A stretch of 64,000 nucleotides of DNA from Okamejei kenojei. Its lineage: Eukaryota. The notes under the pieces are model-generated. The model ran no database searches. It saw nothing but the letters and a program-made list of their open reading frames with translations, and was not told the origin of the DNA. This document shows positions 13,680 through 28,059 of this stretch, one piece after another. Within the stretch, counting starts at the first letter, position 1. Each line of letters begins with the position of its first letter. The position numbers and the translations under genes are program-made. The DNA lies in assembly GCA_035221665.1 (NCBI GenBank), contig CM069132.1:63054001-63118000 (forward strand), in the 5' to 3' direction.

Positions 13680-14135
13680 GACAATAGACAATACGTGCAG
13701 GACTAAGCCATTCAGCCCTTCGAGCCAGCACCACTATTCAATGCAACCATGGCTGATCATCCCCAATCAGTACCCCCGTTCCTGCCTTCATCCCATATCA
13801 CAGACTCCACTGTCTTTAAGAGCCATATATATCTTGCTCTCTCTTGAAAGTATCCAGAGAACCGGCCCCCACTGCCCTCTGAGGCAGAGAATTCTAGACT
13901 CAACTCTGTGTGAAAAAGTGTTTCCTCGTCTCTGTTCTAAATGGCTTACCCCATATTCTTAAACTGTGGCCCCTAGTTCTGGACTCCCCCAACACTGGGA
14001 ACACGTTTCCTGCCTCTAGTGTGCCCAAACCCTTAATAATCTTATATGTTTCAATAAGATCCCCTCACATCCTTCTAAAATCCAGAGTATAGAAGCCCAG
14101 CCGCTCCATTCTCTAAGCACGACAGTCCTAGCCCA
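13680..14135 (-). mobile_element. CR1-type LINE 3' fragment nested in the old PLE
   Basis: Reverse complement of the CR1 3' end seen at 37830-38408, including the (CTATTGT)n tail. Confidence 0.85.
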
Positions 14136-14805
14136 GTTGAGACCTAGGACATGAGATGTCAGATCCATTAGCACATCCAAGGTCCTTTCTTCAGGGCATT
14201 CATTTATGGACGGAACCCTCATCCGCCTCTCCTTGCAATTTTGCCCTCATACCCTCATCACCAAAGTAGAACACGGATAGTGACCAGAATTCCCTCGGTC
14301 CTTACCGTGGACCTCAACAATCGCAGCATCCAACAGATCATTCTCTGATATTTCCGCTGCCTTCAACGAGCTTCGGCCAAGTCACATCTTCCCCCTTCCC
14401 ACCCCTTTTTGCTTTTCCGCGGAGACCACTCTCCATGACTCCTTAGTTCGCTCACCCCTCTGCACCTTCCCACCACGCGGTACTTTCGTCTGCATGCACA
14501 AGAGGCGCAACACCTGTCCTGATATTTCCTCCCCCATCTCCATTCAGAGACCTAGCGCTTCCATGCGAGACAAAGATCAACATGCACAACTGCTATTGGA
14601 TTCAGTGTTCTTTATGAGGCCGAACACCTTCCCCCAGGACCAACACAAACTCCTGGTTGCTAGCCACTTCAATTCTTCTTCCCATTCCAGACTAACCTGC
14701 CTGCCTTTGTCATCCTCCACTGCCAGATTGAGAATACACACAAAATTGGAGGAACAGCACCTGATGTTCAGCTTACATAGCCCATAACCCAACAGCATGA
14801 ACATT

Positions 14806-14916
14806 TCTGATCCCTGACCAGTCTGAAGAAGGGTCTCGACCCGAAACGTCGCCTATCTCCTTCGCTCCTTAGATGCTGCTGCACCCGCTGAGTTTCTCCA
14901 GCTTTTTGTGTACCCC
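14806..14916 (+). mobile_element. 111-bp young PLE terminal-repeat insertion
   Basis: 13-bp TSD CAGCATGAACATT (14793-14805, 14917-14929). Near-identical to the 3' end of the 8878-10215 element. Confidence 0.88.
14823..14850 (+). ncRNA. Minimal type I hammerhead ribozyme core
   Basis: CTGAAGA-A-GGGTC-TC-GACCC-GAAAC-GTC. Stem I is weak. Confidence 0.6.
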
Positions 14917-17900
14917 CAGCATGAACATTAAATTCTTCAGTTTCAACCACTCCCTTCCCATCCACCCAGCTCTCCCCTGCACACATTTCTTTAAACCTTC
15001 CTCCACTGATGTCGCCTCCTTCCTTTCCCCTTCTCCATCACTCATGCCTCCCTACTGGGTCCCCATTCATTCCCTCTACCAACCATCCCTCCTTCAGCTT
15101 CAACATTTTACTATCACCTTTCTTAACATATGCCATCACCTGCAGTTCTTTGTCTTCTCCGCTGATCAGTTTCTGCCTCGGTTACTACCCATACTTTGCT
15201 ATCCCCCATCCGGCCCATCACTCCTCCTAATCTGGATCCACCTATCATTGCAGTTCTAATCTCCCCCCCCCCCCCCCCCCCCAACAGTCATCATTCCGTA
15301 GCATCCCTATCCAAACATTGTCTGTCCATATCACTCCAGAGGCCACCCACCTCTAACAGCCTGTTTGTTACTCAAAATTCCAGCACTGACAGTCTCGTGT
15401 AGAACTACCAGTCTTTAACTGATTACCAGATGCGTAGAGATTGGGTAGGACAGAAATGAAGTGGGCTACAATGCTCTTCACCTAGTGTGCATAGGCTAAA
15501 TGATTACAATCAAAATGCAAATGGTCACTTAAAAAAAACGCTGAAGGAAAGCTAGTAATAACACTCCAATGAGCACAAGGAGTAGAAAAATAAAGCAAAA
15601 CTTACTTTCAAATTTAAACCCTGAAGGCTATTTTAAAATCATAACTTTGCTGCTCAGTCAGGAAAGGATCTATGACTAAACCCAAAACATTTCCTGCAAT
15701 CTTTTTTGCAATGTTGGAACTTTCATGGCTAACATTTTAAATTTACAGGGAGGGAAATAAACTAATTTGCCCATCATCTTTCAGCATGAAAATAAGGGTT
15801 GATAGCTGATCCAGTGGACTATGCAAGCAACTGACCCTATAAATAACTGTTACAACAGTCCTTCCCATTTTGCACAAAACTCTAATTTCCACCAAAGTGT
15901 TAAGAAAAATAAATAACAGTCTGCAAAACATGCCCAATGTATAGATTGCAGGATTTTCAGAAAAAGTTTTGTAGTTGTACCGATTCATATACCCAGTGAA
16001 AGCATGCAAGTAAATCATAAGTGGAAAAGAATTTCACACCTGGATGTCAGAACACGATTAAAACTAACGAACCCATTCAAATTTCGAACTAGACATATCA
16101 AAATTGAATAAATTACAGATTGATGAATGAGACCGCACATACTTATAATCTCAAACAACCCTCTTACAATTGCTTTTGTTAGTGGCATTAATAGTCATAA
16201 ACTCATCAAGCATTTATGTGCTGTGTTCTTTGTTTATTTCTATGGCTGTATGGTGACCACATATTTCACTGTACCAACTGGTACATATGTGACAAATAAA
16301 TCTATCTTGTAAAATTTATAATAATTGAGTCCCATTGTCGAACTCCGCTGAACACATTTCCCACTAACCAGACCCTTCCTAAATCAGTTGTACAATTGAC
16401 AAAAATATATTTTTTAAAGTTTCCCATGGCCCTCCACCAAATTTTGCAGATGTGTAATTAATAAAGTCTGTCATTTGCATGTTTTTTTAAACCACCTTTA
16501 ACATTAAGAACAGCACAACAACTGCAGTGCCCATTTCATTGGATTGAATGCTTGTCTGATTGAATGCTTGCAAGAAATTGTCAAACTCATTCTGTCCTCA
16601 AAATGGCAGATCTTGTAACATAGCATGGGTTCACATTTTTATTTTGGAGCCTGGGAATTGACACACAAATTTTACTCAACACTCAACTTAACATCAAATG
16701 ATCATAAACTGTAAATGGGATATAACATGATGCATTTTCTTTATTATTTGTAAACATGGATTAACTCACTAGTAGAAACAAGGCTAATAGGAGAAAAAAA
16801 GGATTCTTCAACCGTAGTCATCTTCTACTGTGTATCCGCCTACTCAAGCCCTAGGAAAAAAATCAGCAGTTGCTCACACATAAATAAAGTCAGCATTTTA
16901 AACACTTACATTTTGGTGTAATCAAGACAATAACTTTTAAAAACCTAATTAAAGTCTTTAAATTATTTTAATTTAAAAAGGGACAGTGCAAAATACTAAA
17001 ATGTGTTTACAACTGACTGTGAAGCAGTCAACGGTCAACTTCCCGTACACTAAGAAGCCAAAACAAATGAATGAGTTTCATGATTCAAGCCGAAGTGCAT
17101 CTAACAACTCAGGTTTTTTAAGAACTTGAGATAGAAACTGAAATGTGCTGCACATGGAATGTACACAAGACAACGTTAAATCTTTACTAAATTTTCCACT
17201 TGAGCAACCCGATTACAACCGTTCATACTATCATAATATTCATACTCCATTCATACTGTCCCGAAACGTCGCCCATTTCCTTCGCTCCATAGATGTTGCC
17301 TCACCCGCTGAGTTTCTCCAGCATTTTTGTCTACCTTCGATTTTCTGCAGTTCCTTCTTAAACATACTATCATAGCCAATATTTTTCCCTATATCCAAAT
17401 CATGCTGTTTTGTTCTCGGAAATAGTATAAACCAAGTTTAGTCTTTGGGTTATCTCAAATAAGAATGTGTCTTGAAATTACTATATTCAAGCTGTTACGA
17501 ATGCCTAGTTTGTTCTTTAAGGACTTTTCGCAAGATTGCGTCTCCTACCAGTCTGTTTACTAACTTTATTAACCAAACAACAATCGTAAATATAACATTC
17601 TACTTCCGCACATATTCAGTTAAACAGTGGCCTTAGTTGTATTTCTAAATTAAATTAACCTAAAAATAAGCCGCATAAAGGAATCAAGATGATAAAAATG
17701 TGTTAAAAGAATCATTTAACCTGGCAAACACGAACGCAAATACCAAAGAACAAATCAGATCTGTTTTAGGCATCAGGCTTGAAAGAACGCGATAGCCACC
17801 CTCACGGAGAACAAAACTACAACAAAGCGCAGGCTCAAATAATGTTGATACAAAAATATCCTTGGTGTGGCGCCACTACCGCCCAAATCAAGTAGACAAA

Positions 17901-18104
17901 AAACTCTGGGCCTACACGAACCGCGTCCACTCAATGAAAACACAAGTTTATCAATTCGATAATCGGGCCCTAATTAGCACGTCTATGCGGCGCGGCTTCA
18001 GGGAGCTCCAATGCAGCCGTAGCCATTGGAGCTTTGATGGCGGCCGGCCGGCCGGCCGGGAGCAAGCAAGGCCGCCGCCGCCGCCTGATCGCTTGCCGCC
18101 CTAC

Positions 18105-18180
18105 CTGCCCTTTTCGCTCTGCTCTCCTCTGCTCTGCCTCTCTCGTCTCCGCCACTCGCTCGCTCGCTCGCTCACGGTCC
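18105..18180 (-). other. CBX3: Probable CBX3 non-coding exon 1 (5' end approximate)
   Basis: GA-rich leader in the CpG island ending in the donor CAG|GTAGGG (GT at 18104-18103). Confidence 0.65.
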
Positions 18181-18906
18181 CGCCAAAACCACGCGCTCAC
18201 GCAATGCGCACGCGCGGGCCCAGCCAGGCTTCCCTTGTTGTTTATAACATTTAAATATCGGTTAATAACCAACTAACCAGTGGTTGTAAATTAAGAAAAA
18301 GCTAATTCAACATATGTGAGTTGAAAGAAAGAACGAACAGAAAAGCAATTCATTTTTCTCGAGACTTCGGGTTTGTCATGTGATCTGGAATAAATTGTTG
18401 GGAATTATTTAGCGAGACTTTATGAACATATTTTGATTATTTTATAACTCTCTGTTGATGTTAAAAAATACATAGTTTAAGCTAAAATATTTTTTGTATG
18501 ATATTAAGAAGTTATTTTAAATTGCGTCATTCCGATGGTGCTTCGGCGTTCTCCGCTAAACGCCCCCTTATCTCAAACAACATTCGTCAAACAGGCACGC
18601 GATATTTACAAATATATATTTTTTAATTGGTAAACTCCAGAATTTCGGAGCACAGTGTTGTGTTTTGACAGACGTTTATATTTCGGACTGTTTTTCAGAC
18701 ACAAAACTCTATTTTCCGTTGGCGAGTCCGCATCACGTGAGGGGAGGGCGCCCATTTTGTGGCTGAGAGAAGGTTCTGGAAGACGGAGTCAGCGGAGGCG
18801 ACAGCAGCTGAGTTGACTGTCGTTAGATTCAGCCCCAACTTTCAGCTTCATTTTAAAACGCTTGCGTCAAAAAATATAGCTATTTTGAAAACAATTTCCG
18901 AACGGG

Positions 18907-18912
18907 ATGGAG
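18907..18912 (+). CDS. HNRNPA2B1: HNRNPA2B1 coding part of exon 1 (Met-Glu)
   Basis: GGGATGGAG|GTAAGG: ATG in good Kozak context followed directly by a donor, the known 2-codon first exon of this gene. Confidence 0.9.
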
Positions 18913-20831
18913 GTAAGGGATAGGGAAAATAGATTTCCGGACGGTATTTTTTTTGTATTTTTATAGGCGGAGGACGAAAGAAAAACGCGCATGTATGGCG
19001 CTGATAACGGTTAAATATACTTCGAGGAGCCATCACGTATGTACAGGAGAAGGCGGCCAGTTCATGGCACGTTTCCACAAGCAGTAATGTAAGGTGGACT
19101 CAAAATGTTGGAGTAACTCAGCGGGACAGGCAGCATCTCTGGAGAGAAGGGATGAGTTACGTTTCGGGTCTCTTCAGCAGAAATGTAATATCTCTTTTTT
19201 TGTGGTAGATACTGGCCATTTCTTCCATTATTATAACCTTAAAACCAAAACATTGTACTGCACCACAGAGTAATGATTTGACTAATCTGACGATGTGTTA
19301 TTTGTGCACATCACACTATGTGTCTTCAAAATAGGTGGGATGCATGTGAGATTCAAAAGAATCTCAATGTTGTCTACATTTCAGATAAGACATAATTACC
19401 CTGGTTCTAGCCATTCTGTCTATCATGTTTATGCAAATAAAGGTGTCTGCGTCTTTGTTCATTTCAGACATTTGATGAAGTAGAATATGCTGTGATGCCA
19501 AGACCAAATATATGCCAAGATATTCAGACCAAAACTCACTTCCAAGAGGACAATTCGACACACTTTGTTTACAATTGATGTCTGCCATCAATTAGAGTTA
19601 ACAAGTAGAGTTAAGGGAGGGAATTTGAGTATCGGTCTAGATGGTTTTTAGTGTGACAAAAGTAATGGGGTTCTGCAAATGCCATGCTTGGATTGGAGGT
19701 CTTGAAATGGCAAAGACAAGACATTTTGAATATAATGAGATTTTACATTTTTATCCCCTGATTGGTTTGACATTAATGTTATTACATTAACACAGTAATA
19801 GTTTGGAATAAGATCTTATCTATAGAAGTTGAGAAATGGCATTGGAATAATCAACTTTTTTGGTAAAAGGCCTGCTGGCTCTGTCCTGCCTCCACTTTCA
19901 GCTTTCTCCATAGGTGAAAAATTAGATAAGGTTACAGATGGTAATATTGCTGGGGTCAAGTTTGCTCTCCATGAAGTAGTGGTAGATCCAAATGTAAGCT
20001 TTAGAGAGTGCAGATGCAAATAGTCAAGGCTGTGTGAGATTATAGTATCAGATCAATTTTAGAAGTGTTTCATCTTATCCTGTACACAACACTTGACCAG
20101 CAGTAGGGCAGCTTGGTGTTGAACAGTATTTGAGGTAAGTAGAGCAGAGTATTCTCTCTGGATGTGGGTACTTTTTTTGCATGTCCACATTTTAAATTTA
20201 GTCTGTCTTGGTAAAATCCCTTGAATGAAAGCTTTAAAAATATTAATCTTGGGTAGAAACAAGAAACTGCAGATGCTGGTTTGCTAAATAAGACACAGTT
20301 TTGTTGCGGTGTTTCTGCTGACTGGATAGCATGCAACAAAAGCTTTTTGCTGTCCCTCAAAACACGGGAAATTAAACTAAACCGAAATTGAGCATCTCAG
20401 GAGAAATCTGGAAAGGTGACATTTCGGTTGGGCCCTTCTTCAGGCTGATTCTGGGGGGGGGGGGGGGGGGGGGCTGGAAGGATAACAAAGCCAGTAAGTA
20501 GGCCTATTACCTGCTGCCAGGCTTTATCCTGCCCCTCCCAGCTTCTCCCACCCCTGTGAAGAAGGGTCCCAGCCAGAAAAATCACCTATCCATGCTCTCC
20601 TGTGATGCTGCTTAAGCCACTGAGTTGCTATGCACTGTTCCTATTTTTAAAATAATTCATTTTCTCACTACTGAATTTTTTTTTGACCAGGCTAAGAAAC
20701 AAAATGCTCTTTAAGGACCTCCCATAACCCTATGCAATATACCTTTGCACATGGACTAGTGTTAACCTGATGCTGGAGTATCCTCTTATTTTTAACAGCA
20801 GGACTGCTGTTTAAATTATTTAACCTATTAA

Positions 20832-21071
<240 letters not shown>

Positions 21072-21392
21072 TAAAAAAAAATTAACACATGACGAACTGT
21101 TATTTTAACTGTACAACATTATCAGAATAGTTGAACTTATTAAATTGTATCTTAATTTTTTTAGCATACAGAAGAGGAATGCCAGTCACTTTTTTTAAAT
21201 TCTTGAAATCTGGTCATTTACTAAGATTTCAACATGTCTGCATGAAATTTACATTTAGGATAGATTTGAATTTTGGCATTCAAAGGCTCAGCTAACTGGC
21301 ATAAGCCTTCACATAAATAGTTCCAATGTACTAATGTGAGAGGGCAGCTATTAATTATGCTTTTTTCAGATTTATCAAGTTTATGGACTTAA

Positions 21393-21587
<195 letters not shown>

Positions 21588-22750
21588 TAAAGATAATGAA
21601 CTAACTTAATTAATAACCTCATGAAGAAGAACTGCAGATGCTGGAAATTGAAGGTAGACAAAAATGCTGGAGGAACTCAGCAGGTGAGGCAACATCTAAG
21701 GAGCAAAGGAAATGGGCAACGTTTTGGGTCAAAACCCTTCTTCAGACTGATGTGAAGGTGGGGGCGGGGTGGTGAGAAGGAAGGAAAGCGATTGAATTGT
21801 GGGGGGGAGGGGGTAAAGCGATGAATGGAGTTTACCCCCCCCCCTTGACTCCATTCAAGGACCCAAGCACCAAACCAATTTTGTTCCAATTTGTTCGCTC
21901 GTCTTAAATTTGATGTGTTCTAACCTTTAGGACCAGCCTGTCATGCAAAAATTTGTGAAGGCCTCTTTAATGTCCACATCTATTACCTCATCCTCTCCCT
22001 ACACCCCCCGCCCTTATCCGTCCTCTTGTCATCATTTCAAGAAAAACAATACAATTTGGTATGCATTAATTTCCCATGTGCAAAGTGTGGGGAATTTTTT
22101 TAATGTACATATTTCTCCTAATCTAAGATTGAATTATTAATTTATATCACTCACATATTTGGTTCTTTCATAAACATTGTTGGGCAGATATCAATGACAA
22201 CTGGCTGGTCATGACTAATTTTGGTAGCAATTTGAATGGCAGCATCAACTTGAGATGAGGTGTGGATGGTGTGCTGTTCTCAGTTATAATTCTGCATTTG
22301 TACTATTCCAAGTTGCATGGTATGTAGGTTTATATATTTATCCTGAGTTATATTGTTAATAATGTGGATTTTTTTAACTGGTGTGGCATATGATTTCTTT
22401 TGTTAACTTGATGTATTCTGTGTGTTTTATTTTAGACTTTTTTTAGTTGACATCCTATTACTTTATTTGGCCAACATTACAATTTTGGAACCAAATGTTC
22501 AGTGATGTAGTGGCTAATTATCCATGATTGCAAAACTTCCAGAAATGTGCCTTTAGCCACTACCATTGTCTGCTGCCCGATTGCCACTGGGTCTGCTCTG
22601 CTTCTCAGGGGAACAGAGTATTGCTATTGCTGACTAGCATATATTTTTTTGTTTAGCACTTGGTTGTGTGCTGACAACGGGTTGTACGGAGCACAATCCA
22701 ACTCGTTATTTACATTTATTTAGTGATTAAAATATACTTTTTTTTCCTAG

Positions 22751-22981
<231 letters not shown>

Positions 22982-24098
22982 TAGCTTTATTAATTACATA
23001 ATTCTTTAGTTTTCTCTTTCCCCCTCCACTCCTCTTTCCTTCCCCACCCCATGTATTCTGGCTTCTATGATTCTGGGGGAAAAATGGAACTCGCATAGGA
23101 ACTACTTCTGCTTAACGCATTACAGATTACAGATAGTTTCCTTTGTAATGCTCATTTTCATTATTAATTGAAATTGTTATTGGTATTATGGGCAGCACAG
23201 TGGTAGCCTCTCACTTTCAACTGGATTGTATATAATCATGCTATGTACAGAACATGCAACCTCTGAACAGATAGTGCTATCTGTTCAACATTTTCATTTT
23301 CTCAGCCAGGCTTTAATACCCCCTGGTATTCTGGATTACTCCTAAATTTTAAAACTTAGTTAATGTGTTAATTGGCCACTTTTAATTGCCCCTAGTGTAT
23401 AGGTGATTGGTGGAAATATGGGAGGACTGGGTGACAGGAAAAGCTGGCAGAAATTGATTTGCTTGGAGAGCCAGCATGAGCATTGGCCTGAAATGGCTTA
23501 CTGTGTCATAAGAAAAGATGGCGTGATATGGGATTTATATGATGAAATTTGGCCGAATAAAGTATTTCCTGTTCCACAGTGGAGGAGGGAAATCTTGTAC
23601 TTGCATTCTGTAAAGTGTTTTTTTTAATCTCCCTCAGTGTGTTGAAAGTACTTTGATACAAAACTAGAGTCAGTTGAGGTAAACAAGAACAGTTAATGAA
23701 GTGATTCTTGAGGATGTTAAAGAAAAAAACCTGAAGTGCGTACAAGACGTTGATGAGCAAGAGAAATTGGGAATGTATAACTTTGTACACTGAATTGCAG
23801 AGAAGGTGAGGTTATGAAAACATTTAGAAACAATAAACAAATATTGAATTTGAGGACAGCAGGTGGAATATAACAAACTGGGTTCTGTACGGCTACTTCA
23901 AATGGGGATGACTGCGCATCAGTTCTATCCAGAATGCACAGAAGAAATCTATAAATGTCAGTATTCTGAATGGCGTCTAGTTAACAATTTCACAAAATGT
24001 GCTCTAGGTATTGTAAAATCAACACTTCACATTTTAAAATCTTTCGATCATTGTACAGATTCTTGGTAATACTTGGTATACTTTGCATACTCTTGTAA

Positions 24099-24344
<246 letters not shown>

Positions 24345-24389
24345 TGAGGAGTTGCAGATCAGTTGGGTTGATATAGGGAAAATGGTGGC

Positions 24390-25200
24390 AACTATTTCAG
24401 GAAGTTGTATCGGTGCATTTGGAAGGATTATGGATAGGGGTTTACATTAGATGGAGTAGAAATGGTTGAAGGGGGTCCCAGCTTCTCAATCCAAATTAGT
24501 GATTTGGATGAGGAGAATTAAGTATTGTATTTAAATGTTAGCCCTAAATGGAAGCCTAATATATGAGGGAATTGCAGATTTGCTTCGAGCGTGCTGTGTG
24601 CATTTTGAACACAAAATGCAAAACACTTTAATATTGGGAGATTGCAAGCCATTGTTGATCAGAGGGACTTGATTGTCGATGCAGGACAAATGGAACATAC
24701 GCACACAGAGCCTGTGGTCAGAAAGCTAAATGATAGTTTGGTCTTCTTTGCAAGATGTGAGTGAAAGGGTAAAGATGCTTTACTGAATTTATGTTGGGTG
24801 CTGACGTGGGCATTCTTAGGCTATGTATATATCTGCTCTCCTATTTTGGAGAGAAATTTAGTGTGGGGTTATCCTATTATGTTAGAGTAAACAGACTGGC
24901 CTTGAAAGTTTAGAGTAATTTGTATGTTGGATCGGCTTTTTAGAGGTGTTTATGTCATGGTTTTTCCTAATTTTACAATGTGCTTAATCATTCAGAACAG
25001 ATGAGAAATTTCTGTATAGGAATATTTGTAATTCTCAAAGGTGCACTGTGACAGTTGAATTGCTAAATACATTATCCAGATGTTTGGATATTAGGGTTGT
25101 TAGATTTGGGGTAAATGTAGTAAAGATGATGAAGTATGACATTGGTAATGAATTCTTTCAAATGACAGTGCATGAGCTAATGGCTGTTACCTGTATTCTG
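24390..25200 (+). mobile_element. Highly degraded CR1-type LINE fragment
   Basis: Eroded CR1 ORF2-like text (CAGAGGGACTTG, GAAAGCTAAATG..., ATGGCTGTTACCTG tail). Confidence 0.5.
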
Positions 25201-25259
25201 CATTTTTGTTATCATTTAGTATTTCTTCAATATGTAAATAACAATATTATAAATGACAG

Positions 25260-25331
25260 GTGGAGGATTTAGAGGAGACTCTCGTGGCAATTTCCCTATG
25301 GGTCGTGGTGGAAACTTTGGAGGTGGACCTC
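25260..25331 (+). CDS. HNRNPA2B1: HNRNPA2B1 exon, RGG region
   Basis: (G)GGFRGDSRGNFPMGRGGNFGGGP; 72 nt, phase 1-1; CAG acceptor without a pyrimidine tract; GTAAGC donor. Confidence 0.88.
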
Positions 25332-25421
25332 GTAAGCTTTTATGATAGCTTTGCTTATTTAAAGAAAATACTTATTTATTACTTTATGGTGTCTGTCTTT
25401 TAAGTTATTTTATTATTGCAG

Positions 25422-25484
25422 ATGGATTTGGCGGTGGTCGTGGTTTTGGTGATGGTCCTGGTTTCAATGGATATGGTGGAGGTG
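25422..25484 (+). CDS. HNRNPA2B1: HNRNPA2B1 exon, Gly-rich low-complexity domain
   Basis: (H)GFGGGRGFGDGPGFNGYGGG; 63 nt; TGCAG acceptor and GTAAGT donor. Confidence 0.92.
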
Positions 25485-28059
25485 GTAAGTTTGATCGCAG
25501 AAGTATTTTTTAAGATCCACCATTTCTGAAAGGTGTTGGTATGTAACTGGAGTCTGCTTCCATCAAATACCTACTGATTCTTCAACATTTTACCACATGT
25601 CTGGTCTGAGCTTGGTGATATTTCCATTTGGCATCTTTGATAGTTGTAACGAATAAGCTTGGCTTAGAAATAAAAGCGACAATAGAAAGCACTATTAGGG
25701 GAGGGGAGTAGTGGAAATTGACATGAGGGATGAGTACAAGTAAGCACAGTTGACAGTGAAGTACATAAGACTAAAGGAAGAAAGAGTTCTAAAACATGAT
25801 TTGTGAAAATGAACATTTGTTTTTAAAAAGTTGTTTAAAATAATTAGAAATGGAATTTGTTACTACAACTGGATTTGTGGACTGTTGTCCCTTGAGGTGT
25901 GCATCAAAGACTCCATCGCCATGGCCCTATTCTCTTTTTGTTGCTACCGTGTGGGAAAAAGATACAGGAGCCTAAGATCTATTATGTCCAAGTTCAAGAA
26001 TGGCTTCCAGCAACAAATGTATTCTTGAACCACTCATCACAACCACATCTCAGTTCTACTGAAACACCACAGATTTTGAACTACTGTGGTTACTCTATAT
26101 ACTTAGGTTTTTGCACTATTATGGATAATTTAACTTAAAATAACATATTTACACTTTTTGTAAAATTGCAAAATGAGAAAGCTTCATTATTCCAGTTCAT
26201 ATCTGGTGCATGTGATAAAATAAAGGCTCTCTTACCTAGAAAACTGGTTATGATTTTTGAGTCTCTAGCTTTGACACTTCAGGAATGATACTAGACAGAA
26301 ACCATTGACAGAATTTAAAGGATAATGGTACGCAAATTGCTGTATTAACTCAGCGGTCAGGCGGCATCCCTGGAGAACACAGATAGCTAACATTTTGGGT
26401 TGGTACCCTTGTTCAGACTGGCCTACTGAAAGATAATTGGGATGGGTATAGAGCTATGAATATAATTGAAGTCCGTATTATGAAATAGTTTATTATTTAA
26501 TTTATTTTTCTCCTTTGGAAAGTGTAATGTATTGGAGCTTAAAGGAATCTTCGGGTTAGGGTTCATAACCTGAAATGTCCAGGTAGATATTGGATGATGG
26601 CTGTAAATTTCATGCGACAGGAGGGTTAGCAGATGGATAGGTACATGTAATTGTCTGTCTTTGGCCATGGGCAAAATTAGACCATTAGTTTAAAGGGAAA
26701 TCTGATACATATAGGTCACATTTACTGTTTTTTTCAATCCACCGATATCCTGAAACTTGACTTTTGAAATCAATTTCTCATGTTTTGTTCCTTATGGTAC
26801 TTTTTTTCAATCTATTTAATAATATGTGTTTTGAATATTTGCAGTGTCTTCCATCATGACATGTACAAAATTATTTTGTTTTAAATATCAGATATAGATA
26901 TCCATTTCATCAATTATCTTCCATGTTCGCGCTTTAGTTCACCACCGCTGAATCCTGAAAAATTCTCTGTTCATTTGATAGTTTTCACATTTTGTAAAAT
27001 GTTCTAGTTTTTAAATATTTGCCTTTGTTTGTTGATACAGATTAGAGGACCAATACTTAGTTCAGATCCTTATGTCTCTTCTAGGTTGACATCAAGCTGT
27101 TTTCTTCCTGATTGAATTGATTGATTTGCAGCTTTTAGTCCATTAAATGTATCTCTATCTTTTTCATATTCTGCTGTTTGATTGGGTTAAATTGTTGCTG
27201 ATTAGTATAAAATAGCTTCTCCCCTATCTGTGCTCCTGATCAATTGCCTATTTTACAGTTGCTCTATTGCTTTGTATTGGTTTAGTATTGTCGTGTTAGT
27301 GAGATCGAGTGAGAATTTTTGTATTCTATCCAAACAAATTGATCATACATGGGTATAACAGGAGTGTGCAAATATAAAAGTACCAGAGTGCAGAACATTG
27401 TGTTGCAGAGATAGAATTTTTTTTTTAAGTGTAAAGGCTGTAATGGGGTAGGTTGAGAATTTGGATCTACCCCTTCATTATGAGGGAACACGTTCAATCT
27501 ACTGGGGAAGAAGCAGTTCTGAATCTGGTGGTACATCCTTTCGAACTTGTGTATCTTCTGCCCAATGGGAGAAGGAAGGACGCAGATGAAAATGGTCCTT
27601 GATTATGTTAGTTGCTTTTCTGAGGCAGTGTGAAGTGTAGATTAATTTGATGGTGGGGAGGCTGATCTGTGTGAATGGACTGGATTACATTCACAATTCT
27701 CCAATTTTGTGCTGTCTCCGGCACAAACCAAATTGGTGCATCCTGATGGGGTGCTTTCTACAGTCCATCTGTAATAGTCGAGTCAGCTATGCTGATCTTC
27801 CTTAGTCTCCTGACTATTACACTCATTTGAGAATGCTGGTTTTGGAATCTTAAACTTTATTTTGCGTTCTGTGTTGTAATCACTGCTCCCCTGGCAAGAT
27901 AATGTAATCAAGCCCACCTCATGACGTGACCAAATGTAAAATAACCTGTTCCTGGCTGGATTCTGAAATATTGTTCTTAAGAAGCAATCCTTTGTGCAAA
28001 TTGTTCTAACAGGATTCCCGTGCCAGATTCATTAGTCCAATCAATGTGCAGATTAATAT

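Larger units (their letters stand above)
13270..15410 (+). mobile_element. Old degraded Penelope-like element interrupted by later insertions
   Basis: Decayed RT motifs (QINDIAMQAQM, NFHPTLKFTWTISDTS) and EN C-terminus (VASHFNSSSHS, KLEEQHLMF) resemble the 9408-10208 ORF. Confidence 0.75.
17860..19080. promoter_or_regulatory. Bidirectional CpG-rich promoter of CBX3/HNRNPA2B1 (counterpart of the human A2UCOE region)
   Basis: Two CpG-dense blocks between divergent first exons. Motifs: YY1-like ATGGCGGCC 18037-18045, E2F-like TTTTGGCGGGA (minus, 18178-18188), NRF1 consensus TGCGCACGCGCG 18205-18216, E-box TCACGTGA 18733-18740, YY1-like CCATTTT 18752-18758. Confidence 0.85.

Noticed and set aside
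17862-18276. Overlapping ORFs of 80-130 aa at the promoter
   Set aside because: Low-complexity products of a stop-poor CpG island with no recognisable domain.
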